A DNA stretch of 64,000 nucleotides. Origin: an uncultured bacterium (lineage in GTDB: Bacteria > Bacteroidota > Bacteroidia > Bacteroidales > Muribaculaceae). A program made the translations under genes and the position numbers. Below, piece after piece: positions 50,928 to 59,971 of this stretch. The notes below the pieces were generated by a model. That model had not been told where the DNA came from, did no database searches, and saw only the letters and a list, made by a program, of their open reading frames with translations. Where the stretch lies: NCBI GenBank assembly GCA_945612775.1, contig CALZAF010000002.1, forward strand, positions 1,000 to 64,999. The letters run 5' to 3'. Numbering within the stretch: position 1 is the first letter of the stretch; every line of letters begins with the position of its first letter.

Positions 50928-51371
50928 ATGAAAATTATATTGAAAGAAGATGTCGCAAACCTTGGTTACAAGGACGACGTTGTAGAAGTAAAGAGCGGTT
51001 ACGGCCGTAATTACCTTATCCCAACAGGAAAGGCTGTTATTGCATCAGAATCAGCACTTAAGGTTCTTGCAGAAAACTTAAAGCAACGCGCTCACAAGAT
51101 TGCTAAGATCAAAGCTGACGCTGAAGCTGCTGCAGCTGCACTCGAAGGTGTTAGCCTTACTATCGCTGCTAAAGTTAGCGCTAACGGCACTATCTTTGGT
51201 TCTGTTGGCAACATCCAAGTTGCTGAAGCACTCGAACAAGCTGGTCACAATGTAGATCGCAAGCTTATCGTTGTTAAGGACACTATCAAGGAAGTTGGCA
51301 AGTACACTGCTATCGTAAAGCTTCACAAGGAAGTTTCTGTTGAAATTCCTTTCGAAGTTGTTGCTGAATAA
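50928..51371 (+). CDS. rplI: 50S ribosomal protein L9
   Basis: 147 aa. MKIILKEDVANLGYKDDVVEVKSGYGRNYLIP. GAGGAG at 50914-50919. Confidence 0.95.
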   Translation: MKIILKEDVANLGYKDDVVEVKSGYGRNYLIPTGKAVIASESALKVLAENLKQRAHKIAKIKADAEAAAAALEGVSLTIAAKVSANGTIFGSVGNIQVAEALEQAGHNVDRKLIVVKDTIKEVGKYTAIVKLHKEVSVEIPFEVVAE

Positions 51372-51396
51372 TATATCATTCGATATAAATATCAAT

Positions 51397-51429
51397 AAGG
51401 TGTGTCAATCGGCACACCTTATTTTTTTT
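51397..51429 (+). terminator. intrinsic terminator of the rpsF-rpsR-rplI operon
   Basis: aaggtgtg/cacacctt stem followed by ATTTTTTTT. Confidence 0.85.
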
Positions 51430-51454
51430 CGATATGTTGAGAATCAAAAAATAT

Positions 51455-51491
51455 CAACGCAGACATTTTTCGATATAAAACGTCTGCGTTG
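51455..51491 (-). terminator. terminator after the 210-aa lipoprotein gene
   Basis: caacgcagac/gtctgcgttg 10-bp stem. On the minus strand it is followed by ATATTTTTTG. Confidence 0.7.
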
Positions 51492-51524
51492 AAACCATTT
51501 TGAGCAATCCGATGCTCTAAAGCG

Positions 51525-52157
51525 TTATTCGGTTTTAGCCTTTTCTATCTCCTCCCAGCTCGATTCTCTCAGCAATGGAGCATACTGTTCTAAAGCAATC
51601 TTTGCAGCAGCATCATCCTTTATCAAAAATCTCACAAGGCATTTCTGCAAGCTATCCGACAATATACTGTCACTCTCATAACAGGACCTCTCGTCGGCAG
51701 CTGTTAATGTGGAGTCACTTATACTTTTCTGGTATTTTGCCATCACTGCATTCTTTTCACTTAATATTCTGCCAATTTGCTGGCGGAAATGGAATAATGA
51801 GCGATTACCCCCAGAGCCCTCTATCACCACTTTATCTTTTGAAAGAATTACCTTAACCTTGCCAGGTTCAATAACAAAATAATGCGGTATAGTGTCATGA
51901 CCTAATTTAAATAATCCAACACGCGACTCTTTGAGATTGCAGTTCTCAGAAATTCTTGAAGTATCCACATTTAATCTCCCCAAATAGACCTCACGCAACT
52001 TCATATAGTCGGTCTCGAAACAATACACCGAGATGCTGTCGCACTCAGCATCTGCACTGCGGCATATAGTGATATCGCACGGAAATGATTTAGGCTTATC
52101 ACACGACACCAACATGAGCATTGCCAGAATCGCGGCGAATAGAGCTTTATAATTCAT
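51525..52157 (-). CDS. hypothetical lipoprotein
   Basis: 210 aa. Lipobox LMLVSCDK. I recognised no family. Confidence 0.55.
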   Translation of the reverse strand: MNYKALFAAILAMLMLVSCDKPKSFPCDITICRSADAECDSISVYCFETDYMKLREVYLGRLNVDTSRISENCNLKESRVGLFKLGHDTIPHYFVIEPGKVKVILSKDKVVIEGSGGNRSLFHFRQQIGRILSEKNAVMAKYQKSISDSTLTAADERSCYESDSILSDSLQKCLVRFLIKDDAAAKIALEQYAPLLRESSWEEIEKAKTE

Positions 52158-52210
52158 ATCTCCACACTTTATATTCGTCCTTTAGTTACAATACAATTCT
52201 TATCTCGCAC

Positions 52211-53377
52211 CTACAATTTCGCCTTGCGATAAAGCACAATGGCAATAATTGTGTAAATCACATTCGGAATCCACATAGCCACGCGAGGCGATGTCATTCC
52301 AGATATGGCAAACGATGAAGTCACTGCCATAAATAATATGTAAGAGAAGCTCAGCAGCAAGCCTATTCCTATATTCACGCCCATACCGCCTTTCACCTTC
52401 TTCGACGACAACGAAAGTCCTATGATAGTAAGAATAAACGAAGCCGCAATCATAGCATATCGGCGTTCAAGTTCTATTTCAAAGCTCTTGATATTGCTCA
52501 CGCCACGAGCTTTCTGACGTGAAATATACTCACTCAGCTCGGCATTTGTGAGCTTTTCCTGGTCGTTTTCGGCAATAAGGAAATCGCGTGGTTCAATCTC
52601 AATTACAGTATCTCTTGAAACTCCCCGTTTGATAGTCTCCTTAAGTCCGCTAAACTCGCGAATCACAAACTCGCGCACAGTCCAATTATAAAGTGTGTCA
52701 TACACAATGCTGTTAGCAGTAAGGCGCGATTTCAGTTGCTTGTTCTCAAACTTGTCGAGCGAGAACTTATATCCAGTCTTCGACAAATTGTCATACTGCG
52801 CCATATATGCCACTACGCCAGGCGACACTTGAAGTTGAATGTTACTGCCATAATCCACACGCTTATTCTTAATCCACTGGTTATAGTATTCGATACGCTT
52901 AACATTGGCTCTCGGAATCACATGGGCTGCAAGCAGAAACGACATGCAGGCTATAATGGCTGCAGTTACCATATACGGCACGGCAAGTCGCCTGAAACTT
53001 ATGCCACTCGAGAGAATGGCTATAATCTCGCTATGGTCGGTAAGTTTCGACGTAAAGAAAATCACAGAAATAAACGTGAACAGCGGGCAGAACTGATTGG
53101 CAAAATATGGCAAATAATTCCAATAATATTTGAATATGGTCTCTCGCAAAGGCGCATTAATCACCGCATCGAGGCGCTCAATCACGTCGAACATAATCAC
53201 GATAGCTATCAGCAGCACAATCGAGAAGAAGAATGTGCCCAGAAATTTACGGATTATGTATCGGTCGAACACCTTGACGTGCAATTTCTGCGCAAGAGCA
53301 CTCTTGTCGCCATCAATACGCATCTGCCTCACCGCACTAAACGCGTTTTTTATCTTATTTTTAAAATTGAGTTTCAA
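52211..53377 (-). CDS. LptF/LptG-family LPS export permease
   Basis: The core FDRYIIRKFLGTFFFSIVLL is typical of the LptF/G N-terminus. The start is uncertain: TTG 53377 (track), ATG 53323 or GTG 53272. Confidence 0.8.
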   Translation of the reverse strand: MKLNFKNKIKNAFSAVRQMRIDGDKSALAQKLHVKVFDRYIIRKFLGTFFFSIVLLIAIVIMFDVIERLDAVINAPLRETIFKYYWNYLPYFANQFCPLFTFISVIFFTSKLTDHSEIIAILSSGISFRRLAVPYMVTAAIIACMSFLLAAHVIPRANVKRIEYYNQWIKNKRVDYGSNIQLQVSPGVVAYMAQYDNLSKTGYKFSLDKFENKQLKSRLTANSIVYDTLYNWTVREFVIREFSGLKETIKRGVSRDTVIEIEPRDFLIAENDQEKLTNAELSEYISRQKARGVSNIKSFEIELERRYAMIAASFILTIIGLSLSSKKVKGGMGVNIGIGLLLSFSYILFMAVTSSFAISGMTSPRVAMWIPNVIYTIIAIVLYRKAKL

Positions 53378-53389
53378 TTTTTCCTGAAA

Positions 53390-54523
53390 TTACAATCGTC
53401 GAGTGACGTTAATTACCATTTCCTCTTTCCACATCTTAAAATCTCCAGCAATAATGTGCTTACGGGCTTCACCCACAAGCCACAAGTAGAATGCCAAGTT
53501 GTGGATGCTTGCTATCTGCAGCGCCAGTATCTCCTGGCTTATGAAAAGATGTCGAAGGTAGGCCTTAGAATATGCTCTATCCACATACGATGCACCATCT
53601 TCCTGAATCGGCGAGAAATCATCTGCCCACTTCTTATTGCGCATGTTCATAATGCCATGGCGGGTAAATAGCATGCCATTTCGTCCGTTGCGAGTAGGCA
53701 TCACGCAGTCCATCATATCCACACCGCGGTCTATTGCCTCAAGTATGTTGGCAGGCGTACCCACGCCCATGAGATATCGTGGTTTGTCTTTTGGCAATAT
53801 TTCGTTCACCACCTCTATCATTTCATACATCTTCTCCACTGGTTCTCCCACAGCAAGGCCGCCAATAGCATTTCCTTCGGCACCAAGGTCGCTGACAAAC
53901 TTAGCCGACTCTACGCGCAAATCGGGATATACACAACCTTGAACGATTGGGAAAAATGCTTGCTTATAACCATATTTTGGTTCAGTACTATTAAAATGAT
54001 CCCAACCTCGCTTCAGCCATCTATGAGTGAGTTGTAAAGAATTCTTGGCATATCCATAGTCGGAATCGCCTGGAGGACATTCATCAAGCGCCATCATGAT
54101 GTCGCTACCTATCGAGCGTTGTATGTCAACCACCTTTTCAGGCGTAAATAGGTGCTTCGAACCATCGATATGGCTTCTGAAATATGCACCTTCCTCCTTT
54201 AGTTTCCTATTCGACGACAGAGAAAACACCTGAAAGCCACCACTATCGGTGAGTATGGGCTTATTCCATCCATTAAATCGGTGCAATCCACCAGCCTGCT
54301 CTATTACATCCATGCCAGGACGAAGATACAGGTGATAAGTATTACCTAATATTATTTGAGCCTTTATGTCATCTTTCAGCTCGTGCATGTGCACTGCCTT
54401 TACCGAGCCTACCGTACCCACAGGCATAAAAATCGGGGTTTCTATCTTTCCGTGGTCGGTAGTAATCACTCCCGCGCGGGCATTCGTGCCACTGCCGTTA
54501 CTTGATATTAATTCAAAATCCAT
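53390..54523 (-). CDS. tgt: tRNA-guanosine(34) transglycosylase
   Basis: 377 aa. TDSGGFQV and LMGVGTP motifs. Confidence 0.95.
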   Translation of the reverse strand: MDFELISSNGSGTNARAGVITTDHGKIETPIFMPVGTVGSVKAVHMHELKDDIKAQIILGNTYHLYLRPGMDVIEQAGGLHRFNGWNKPILTDSGGFQVFSLSSNRKLKEEGAYFRSHIDGSKHLFTPEKVVDIQRSIGSDIMMALDECPPGDSDYGYAKNSLQLTHRWLKRGWDHFNSTEPKYGYKQAFFPIVQGCVYPDLRVESAKFVSDLGAEGNAIGGLAVGEPVEKMYEMIEVVNEILPKDKPRYLMGVGTPANILEAIDRGVDMMDCVMPTRNGRNGMLFTRHGIMNMRNKKWADDFSPIQEDGASYVDRAYSKAYLRHLFISQEILALQIASIHNLAFYLWLVGEARKHIIAGDFKMWKEEMVINVTRRL

Positions 54524-54540
54524 ATATATATTTTATTTTA

Positions 54541-54548
54541 CAAAGGTA
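54541..54548 (-). promoter_or_regulatory. -7 promoter motif TACCTTTG (tgt)
   Basis: Perfect TAnnTTTG on the minus strand, 18 nt upstream of ATG 54523. Confidence 0.45.
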
Positions 54549-54634
54549 CTACCTTTTCGTTTCTATAGGAAATTTGTAGATAAATAATTGTAGATTTTAT
54601 ATATTTTTTGATTTTCATTTCGCTCTATATGTGC

Positions 54635-54642
54635 TAACTTTG
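54635..54642 (+). promoter_or_regulatory. -7 promoter motif TAACTTTG (exonuclease gene)
   Basis: Perfect TAnnTTTG, 73 nt upstream of ATG 54715. Confidence 0.45.
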
Positions 54643-54648
54643 TAGGTC

Positions 54649-54691
54649 GTTTAGAACAAGAAGTCGTTTTGTGCATTTTCTTCGTTCTAAC
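54649..54691 (+). promoter_or_regulatory. 5' leader hairpin with a downstream T-run (possible attenuator)
   Basis: gtttagaacaagaa/ttcttcgttctaac gives 13 bp with one bulge on each arm. Followed by gccagttttta. Lies between the -7 motif and the ATG. Confidence 0.3.
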
Positions 54692-54714
54692 GCCAGTTTT
54701 TATAATTTGATTTA

Positions 54715-55350
54715 ATGAAAATATCCATTCCAAAAAATATTATCTCCGAGTTACCTCAAGTAACTTTCGACGGCAATATCTATATTATCGACTCTATGTC
54801 GAAAATGAGTATGGCCGTCAACGCTCTGCGCAAAGAAAAACTTGTGGGATTCGATTCGGAGACTCGTCCGGCATTTTTCAAGGGCAAGACCAATCAAGTG
54901 GCTCTATTACAGATTTCTTCGCTCGAGGATTGCTTTCTGTTCAGAACCAACAAGATTGGCATCCCTGAAAAACTCAAACAGTTTATCGAAGACGAGTCGA
55001 TTAAGAAAATCGGACTCTCGTTAAACAACGATTTTAATGCCATGGGGCGATTTGCCGAGATAACGCCACGAGGATTTATCGACATTCAGAGCTTGGTGAA
55101 AGAGTATAATATTGCCGATCAAAGCCTTCAGCGCATCTACGCCATATTGTTCGGCAAAAAGATTTCTAAATCGCAGCGACTATCTAATTGGGAGGCACCT
55201 ACTCTCACCCCAGCTCAGCAACAATATGCGGCTATCGATGCCCATGCATGCCTCGAAATCTACAATTATCTCGAAAGTGGCAAGTTTAACCCCGAACTTA
55301 GCCCATATATTGTTAACGAAGAAATCAACGGAACCGATGAGAAGGAGTAA
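54715..55350 (+). CDS. DEDDy 3'-5' exonuclease domain protein (RNase D / WRN-exo-like)
   Basis: 211 aa. Motifs GFDSET, NNDFNAM, YAAIDAH. Confidence 0.8.
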   Translation: MKISIPKNIISELPQVTFDGNIYIIDSMSKMSMAVNALRKEKLVGFDSETRPAFFKGKTNQVALLQISSLEDCFLFRTNKIGIPEKLKQFIEDESIKKIGLSLNNDFNAMGRFAEITPRGFIDIQSLVKEYNIADQSLQRIYAILFGKKISKSQRLSNWEAPTLTPAQQQYAAIDAHACLEIYNYLESGKFNPELSPYIVNEEINGTDEKE

Positions 55351-55612
55351 ATACAAAGCATCTACAGTGGTGCCTTTAGCACTGACAGCCTACTTGGCAT
55401 TTATGGCATACTATGGCCGCCATATGTATCTTCGTGGAGAATACCTATATTATTTCGGCACAATAGCCGTTACGCTTGCTATTATATTAATTCTCCACTT
55501 CAGCCTCAAGAAAAAGGAAAAACTACGTCAGGAACGCGAAGACCGCACAAACTACGACACATATCACCACGACGACAACGATTCGAACAAAAATGCGGAT
55601 GATGGCAAATAA
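55337..55612 (+). CDS. small two-TM membrane protein with a His/Asp-rich tail
   Basis: 91 aa from ATG 55337 (MRRSKYKASTVVPLALTAYLAFMAY...). Overlaps the exonuclease gene by 14 nt. The tail is TYHHDDNDSNKNADDGK. Confidence 0.55.
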   Translation: MRRSKYKASTVVPLALTAYLAFMAYYGRHMYLRGEYLYYFGTIAVTLAIILILHFSLKKKEKLRQEREDRTNYDTYHHDDNDSNKNADDGK

Positions 55613-55656
55613 TAACCATCACCCGCGCTTCACTAATAAACAGGTATCGTAAAATA

Positions 55657-56160
55657 TCACATATGTTTCGAATAAGGCTTCAATGTAACTTGGAGCTTCT
55701 TCTTAGCACAAAATATTCTGCTCTTAACCGTACCTAATGGGATACCCACCATTACCGATATCTCTTCATAGCTATATCCCTGCAAATACATGTAAAACAC
55801 TTTTGCCATCTCGTGAGGTAATTGCGATATCGCATTATAGATATCCCCCTTCACAAGCAAGTAGTCGCTGCTATCGGTCACGCACACATGCGCTTCTTCC
55901 ACATCGACGGGTTGGCCTTGACGCTTGTTCTTTCTGAAATTGTTCACAAAAATGTTTTTCATAATAACTGAGGCCCAGGCCCTAAACTTATTGCGATTGT
56001 CGTAGCCACTGTAATTCTCGATTACTCGTAACCAGGTCTCTTGCAATAGGTCATCTGCATCATCCGAATTTCTTGATAGTTTCATTGCCAATGACCACAA
56101 GAAATTTTTGTTTGTCTTAAAATTGGTTTCTATCGAAACCCTTTCACTTTCAGCTTCCAT
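55657..56160 (-). CDS. RNA polymerase sigma factor, ECF-type
   Basis: 167 aa. Region 2 (DDADDLLQETWLRVI...FRAWASVIMKNIFVNNFR) and region 4 (MAKVFYMYLQGYSYEEISVMVGIPLGTVKSRI). Confidence 0.8.
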   Translation of the reverse strand: MEAESERVSIETNFKTNKNFLWSLAMKLSRNSDDADDLLQETWLRVIENYSGYDNRNKFRAWASVIMKNIFVNNFRKNKRQGQPVDVEEAHVCVTDSSDYLLVKGDIYNAISQLPHEMAKVFYMYLQGYSYEEISVMVGIPLGTVKSRIFCAKKKLQVTLKPYSKHM

Positions 56161-56186
56161 CGTACAGTAAGTTTAATTCTGTCACA

Positions 56187-56194
56187 CAAATGTA
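56187..56194 (-). promoter_or_regulatory. -7 promoter motif TACATTTG (second sigma factor gene)
   Basis: Perfect TAnnTTTG on the minus strand, 27 nt upstream of ATG 56160. Confidence 0.45.
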
Positions 56195-56305
56195 ATATTT
56201 AATAATCGTAATAACAAATAAAATGGCAATAATTTGTAACATTTTTGTAAAATTATATATTTCTTAACGATATAATATTCATTTGTTATTCTTGATGCTT
56301 ATTCG

Positions 56306-56313
56306 TAACTTTG
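56306..56313 (+). promoter_or_regulatory. -7 promoter motif TAACTTTG (helicase gene)
   Basis: Perfect TAnnTTTG, 25 nt upstream of TTG 56338. Confidence 0.45.
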
Positions 56314-56337
56314 CATATAATATATTAATGTGAAATT

Positions 56338-58749
56338 TTGAACGACTATTTACAACAACTCAACCCGCAGCAGGCGGCAGCTGTGACCTACTGCGATGGA
56401 CCGCAACTCGTGATTGCTGGAGCTGGCTCTGGCAAAACTCGAGTGCTCACTTATAAGATAGTTCATCTGCTTAACTTAGGATTCTCGCCCTATAATATTA
56501 TGGCTCTTACTTTCACAAATAAGGCCGCACGCACTATGCGCGAACGAATTCTAAGCCTCACGTCGCCCGAAGTGGCATCGAAATTGTGGATGGGCACATT
56601 TCACTCTATTTTTGCCAAGATTCTCCGGAAGAATGCCGATCGTATAGGCTTTAAGAGCGACTATACTATCTACGACGCCAACGACTCGAAGACGCTCATC
56701 AAGCAAATCATTAAAGATATGCAGCTCGACGATAAGGTGTATAAGCCATCTACTGTGCAAAACATCATCTCGATGGCTAAGAACAACCTTATGCGCCCCG
56801 ACGATTATGCCAACTGCGCCCAACTTATCGAAGCCGATAAGCACGCAAAGCGACCTAAAGTCATCGATATCTATCGAGCCTACTGCGCCCGTTGCCGTGT
56901 GGCTGGCGCAATGGATTTCGACGACATATTGCTCTATATGAATCTCCTGCTTCGCGACAATCCCGACGTGCTCGACCGATATCGCAAGTTCTTTCAATAT
57001 GTGCTTGTTGATGAGTATCAAGACACCAACTTCGCCCAGCACATGATAATACTGCAGCTCACGCGACTCAAGGGCAACCTCTTTGTGGTGGGCGATGACG
57101 CTCAGAGCATTTATTCGTTCCGCGGTGCCAAGATTGAAAACATTTTGCGCATTCGCGAAGCTTATCCTAACATCGAAATTTTCAAACTCGAGCATAATTA
57201 TCGCTCTACAAAGAACATCATCGAGGCAGCCAACTCATTAATCGACAAAAACAAGAATCAGATAAAAAAGCACTCCTTTACTGAGAATCCTCAAGGCAGC
57301 AAGGTGAGCATTATCAAATCGTATTCCGACTTCGAGGAGAGCTATGTGGTTGCAAATCAAATAATCTCCACAAAGTCGCGTTATGGCGATTCGCTCAACG
57401 ATTTTGCTGTGCTATATCGTACCAATGCACAGAGTCGCATCTTAGAAGAGGCTCTTCGTAAGCGAAACATTGCATATCGCATCTATGGAGGCTTGTCGTT
57501 CTATCAGCGCAAGGAAATTAAAGATGCAGTTTGTTATTTCCGACTCACCATTAATCCTGATGACGACGAAGCTCTGCGTCGTGTAATCAATTATCCCACT
57601 CGCGGAATTGGCGACACCACTGTCAATAAGATTCAGCATAGCGCCATTGCCAACACTGTGAGCATGTGGCAGGTGATTTGCGACCCACAAAAATATGAAC
57701 TTCCCGTTAACTCTGCAACGCTGAAAAAACTCGAAAGTTTCCGCAGTCTTATCGATTCATTAGTTGCTGAAAACGAGCAAAATGCTGATGCCTACACCAT
57801 CACGCGGTCCATCATACACAAATCAGGCCTTTATGCGCTCACTAATTGCGACAATACGCCCGAGAATATCAGCAAACGCGAAAACCTTGACGAATTGGCA
57901 AATAGCGCAAAGGCGTTTGTGGATATGCGGCGCGAAGAAGGCAATGATGATTTGCGACTCACCAGTTTCCTTGCCGAAATTTCTCTGGCAACCGACCAAG
58001 ATGAGGAATCGAAAGAGAATGGCGGCCCTAAGGTTACACTCATGACAGTGCATGCAGCTAAAGGTCTTGAGTTTAAGAATGTGATTATAGTGGGCGTAGA
58101 AGAAGAGCTGTTCCCAGCGTCGATGAGCTGCGATTCGCTTGCTCAAATCGAAGAGGAACGGCGTCTGCTCTATGTGGCAATTACTCGCGCAATGAATACT
58201 TGCACCATTACATACGCATCGTCGCGATACAAAAATGGTCAGACCAAGCTATGTTCGCCAAGCCGGTTCATTCGCGAAATCAACCCAACATATCTATCCA
58301 TTTCGCAAACAAGTTCTTCGGCAGGTGCGGGATATGGCACAAACTTCAGCAATAGCGACTCGTATAACGGCAAGCGCAATTACGACGACGATGTTCGTGA
58401 TGTATTTTCATCGCACAAACGCCGAGAGCCAATGCCACACTACCCTAAGCCAGCCGACACCAAGCACACAGAAGAAAAAGTTAAGACGGAGCTAAATACG
58501 CCACCACAAAACTTTGTGGCTGTGTCGAAAGCCGAGAAAAACCTCTCGCAATCGGGTGGTAATGATGCATTTAACCACACAGCCGATGAGATATCCACTG
58601 GAATGAAGATTCGCCACATCCGCTTCGGGTTAGGTGTCATCACAAACATCGACCTCTCTGGCAGCGATCCTAAGATAATAGTAAACTTTGCCGACAACGG
58701 CTCTCGAACGCTCCTACTCAAGTTCGCAAAATTTGAAATCATTAAATAA
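56338..58749 (+). CDS. UvrD/PcrA/Rep-family ATP-dependent DNA helicase
   Basis: 803 aa. AGAGSGKT, DEYQDTN, TVHAAKGLEF, VAITRA, and a C-terminal Tudor-like tail (GMKIRHIRFGLGVITNI). The start is apparently TTG: the only nearby ATG is immediately followed by TGA. Confidence 0.9.
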   Translation: MNDYLQQLNPQQAAAVTYCDGPQLVIAGAGSGKTRVLTYKIVHLLNLGFSPYNIMALTFTNKAARTMRERILSLTSPEVASKLWMGTFHSIFAKILRKNADRIGFKSDYTIYDANDSKTLIKQIIKDMQLDDKVYKPSTVQNIISMAKNNLMRPDDYANCAQLIEADKHAKRPKVIDIYRAYCARCRVAGAMDFDDILLYMNLLLRDNPDVLDRYRKFFQYVLVDEYQDTNFAQHMIILQLTRLKGNLFVVGDDAQSIYSFRGAKIENILRIREAYPNIEIFKLEHNYRSTKNIIEAANSLIDKNKNQIKKHSFTENPQGSKVSIIKSYSDFEESYVVANQIISTKSRYGDSLNDFAVLYRTNAQSRILEEALRKRNIAYRIYGGLSFYQRKEIKDAVCYFRLTINPDDDEALRRVINYPTRGIGDTTVNKIQHSAIANTVSMWQVICDPQKYELPVNSATLKKLESFRSLIDSLVAENEQNADAYTITRSIIHKSGLYALTNCDNTPENISKRENLDELANSAKAFVDMRREEGNDDLRLTSFLAEISLATDQDEESKENGGPKVTLMTVHAAKGLEFKNVIIVGVEEELFPASMSCDSLAQIEEERRLLYVAITRAMNTCTITYASSRYKNGQTKLCSPSRFIREINPTYLSISQTSSSAGAGYGTNFSNSDSYNGKRNYDDDVRDVFSSHKRREPMPHYPKPADTKHTEEKVKTELNTPPQNFVAVSKAEKNLSQSGGNDAFNHTADEISTGMKIRHIRFGLGVITNIDLSGSDPKIIVNFADNGSRTLLLKFAKFEIIK

Positions 58750-58753
58750 GCTT

Positions 58754-59902
58754 ATGATAGACTATAAAACCCCATATTACATCATTTACGAAGATAAGCT
58801 TCGCAAGAATCTCGACCTCATTAAGTATGTAATGCAGCAGAGTGGTGCAAAAATCATTATGGCATTTAAAGCCAATGCATTGTGGCGCACATTTGGAGTT
58901 TTCCGCGAATACGGCATCTGCTCTACTGCCAGTTCGCTTAATGAGATGCAACTTGCCAATGATGAGCTGCATTGCAAAGCTCATACCTATTGCCCGGTTT
59001 ATACCGACGACACCATACACCAGTTTATCGCTGGCAGTTCGCATATTACGTTTAATTCAGTGGAGTTATTTAAACGCTATCGCGGCGACATAGATGAGCA
59101 CAATCGGCTCAATCCCAGCGAAGCAGTTTCTTGCGGGTTACGAGTGAACCCCATGTGTTCGGTAGTAGATACTGACATCTATAACCCCTGCGCACCCGGG
59201 TCGCGATTTGGCGTAACTAAAGAACAACTCGGTGACTCGTGGCCAGAAGGCATCGAAGGAATGCACTTCCACGCTCTTTGTGAATCAACATCTTACGACC
59301 TCGAGAAGGTGCTAAATGCCATAGAAGAGCAATTTGGCGATTTTTTGCCTCAGCTGCGTTGGATTAATATGGGTGGCGGCCACTTGATGACACGCGAAGG
59401 CTATGATGTGCAACACTTAATAGCACTTTTGCGCCAATTCAAAGCAAAATATCCTAATCTTGAAGTAATCCTTGAACCCGGCAGCGCATTCTGTTGGCGC
59501 ACAGGCGACTTGGAAGCTTCCGTGGTGGATGTAGTTACCAATTCTGGCATAAACACCGCCATAGTTGACGTGTCGTTTGCATGTCACATGCCCGACTGCC
59601 TCGAAATGCCTTATAAGCCAGCCATTACCCAATCATTGCCCGAGGTTGACACATCAAAACCGACATATCGCATAGGCGGAAATTCATGCCTAAGTGGCGA
59701 TGTAGTTGGAGACTGGAGTTTCGATCGTCCACTAAAGGCTGGCGACCGTCTAACATTCGAGGATATGAACCACTATACTACGGTTAAAACACATATGTTT
59801 AATGGAATACAGCACCCATCTTTGCTATATCAGCATAGCGACGGCACAATAGAAGTGCTGCGAGAGTTTTCTTATCTCGATTATAAGAACCGAATGTGCT
59901 AA
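58754..59902 (+). CDS. nspC: carboxynorspermidine/carboxyspermidine decarboxylase
   Basis: 382 aa from ATG 58754 (MIDYKTPYYII...). Orn/DAP/Arg decarboxylase fold pattern. Starts 4 nt after the helicase stop. The track's upstream start overlaps the helicase gene and is rejected. Confidence 0.85.
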   Translation: MIDYKTPYYIIYEDKLRKNLDLIKYVMQQSGAKIIMAFKANALWRTFGVFREYGICSTASSLNEMQLANDELHCKAHTYCPVYTDDTIHQFIAGSSHITFNSVELFKRYRGDIDEHNRLNPSEAVSCGLRVNPMCSVVDTDIYNPCAPGSRFGVTKEQLGDSWPEGIEGMHFHALCESTSYDLEKVLNAIEEQFGDFLPQLRWINMGGGHLMTREGYDVQHLIALLRQFKAKYPNLEVILEPGSAFCWRTGDLEASVVDVVTNSGINTAIVDVSFACHMPDCLEMPYKPAITQSLPEVDTSKPTYRIGGNSCLSGDVVGDWSFDRPLKAGDRLTFEDMNHYTTVKTHMFNGIQHPSLLYQHSDGTIEVLREFSYLDYKNRMC

Positions 59903-59909
59903 ACATTAA

Positions 59910-59950
59910 GAAGCAGGGACTAAACCAAACATAGGCTTAATCCCTGCTTC
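59910..59950. terminator. bidirectional hairpin between nspC and the convergent FAD-protein gene
   Basis: gaagcaggga/tccctgcttc 10-bp stem in a 69-nt convergent gap. Confidence 0.65.
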
Positions 59951-59971
59951 TATTATTATCAAAAATAATTT

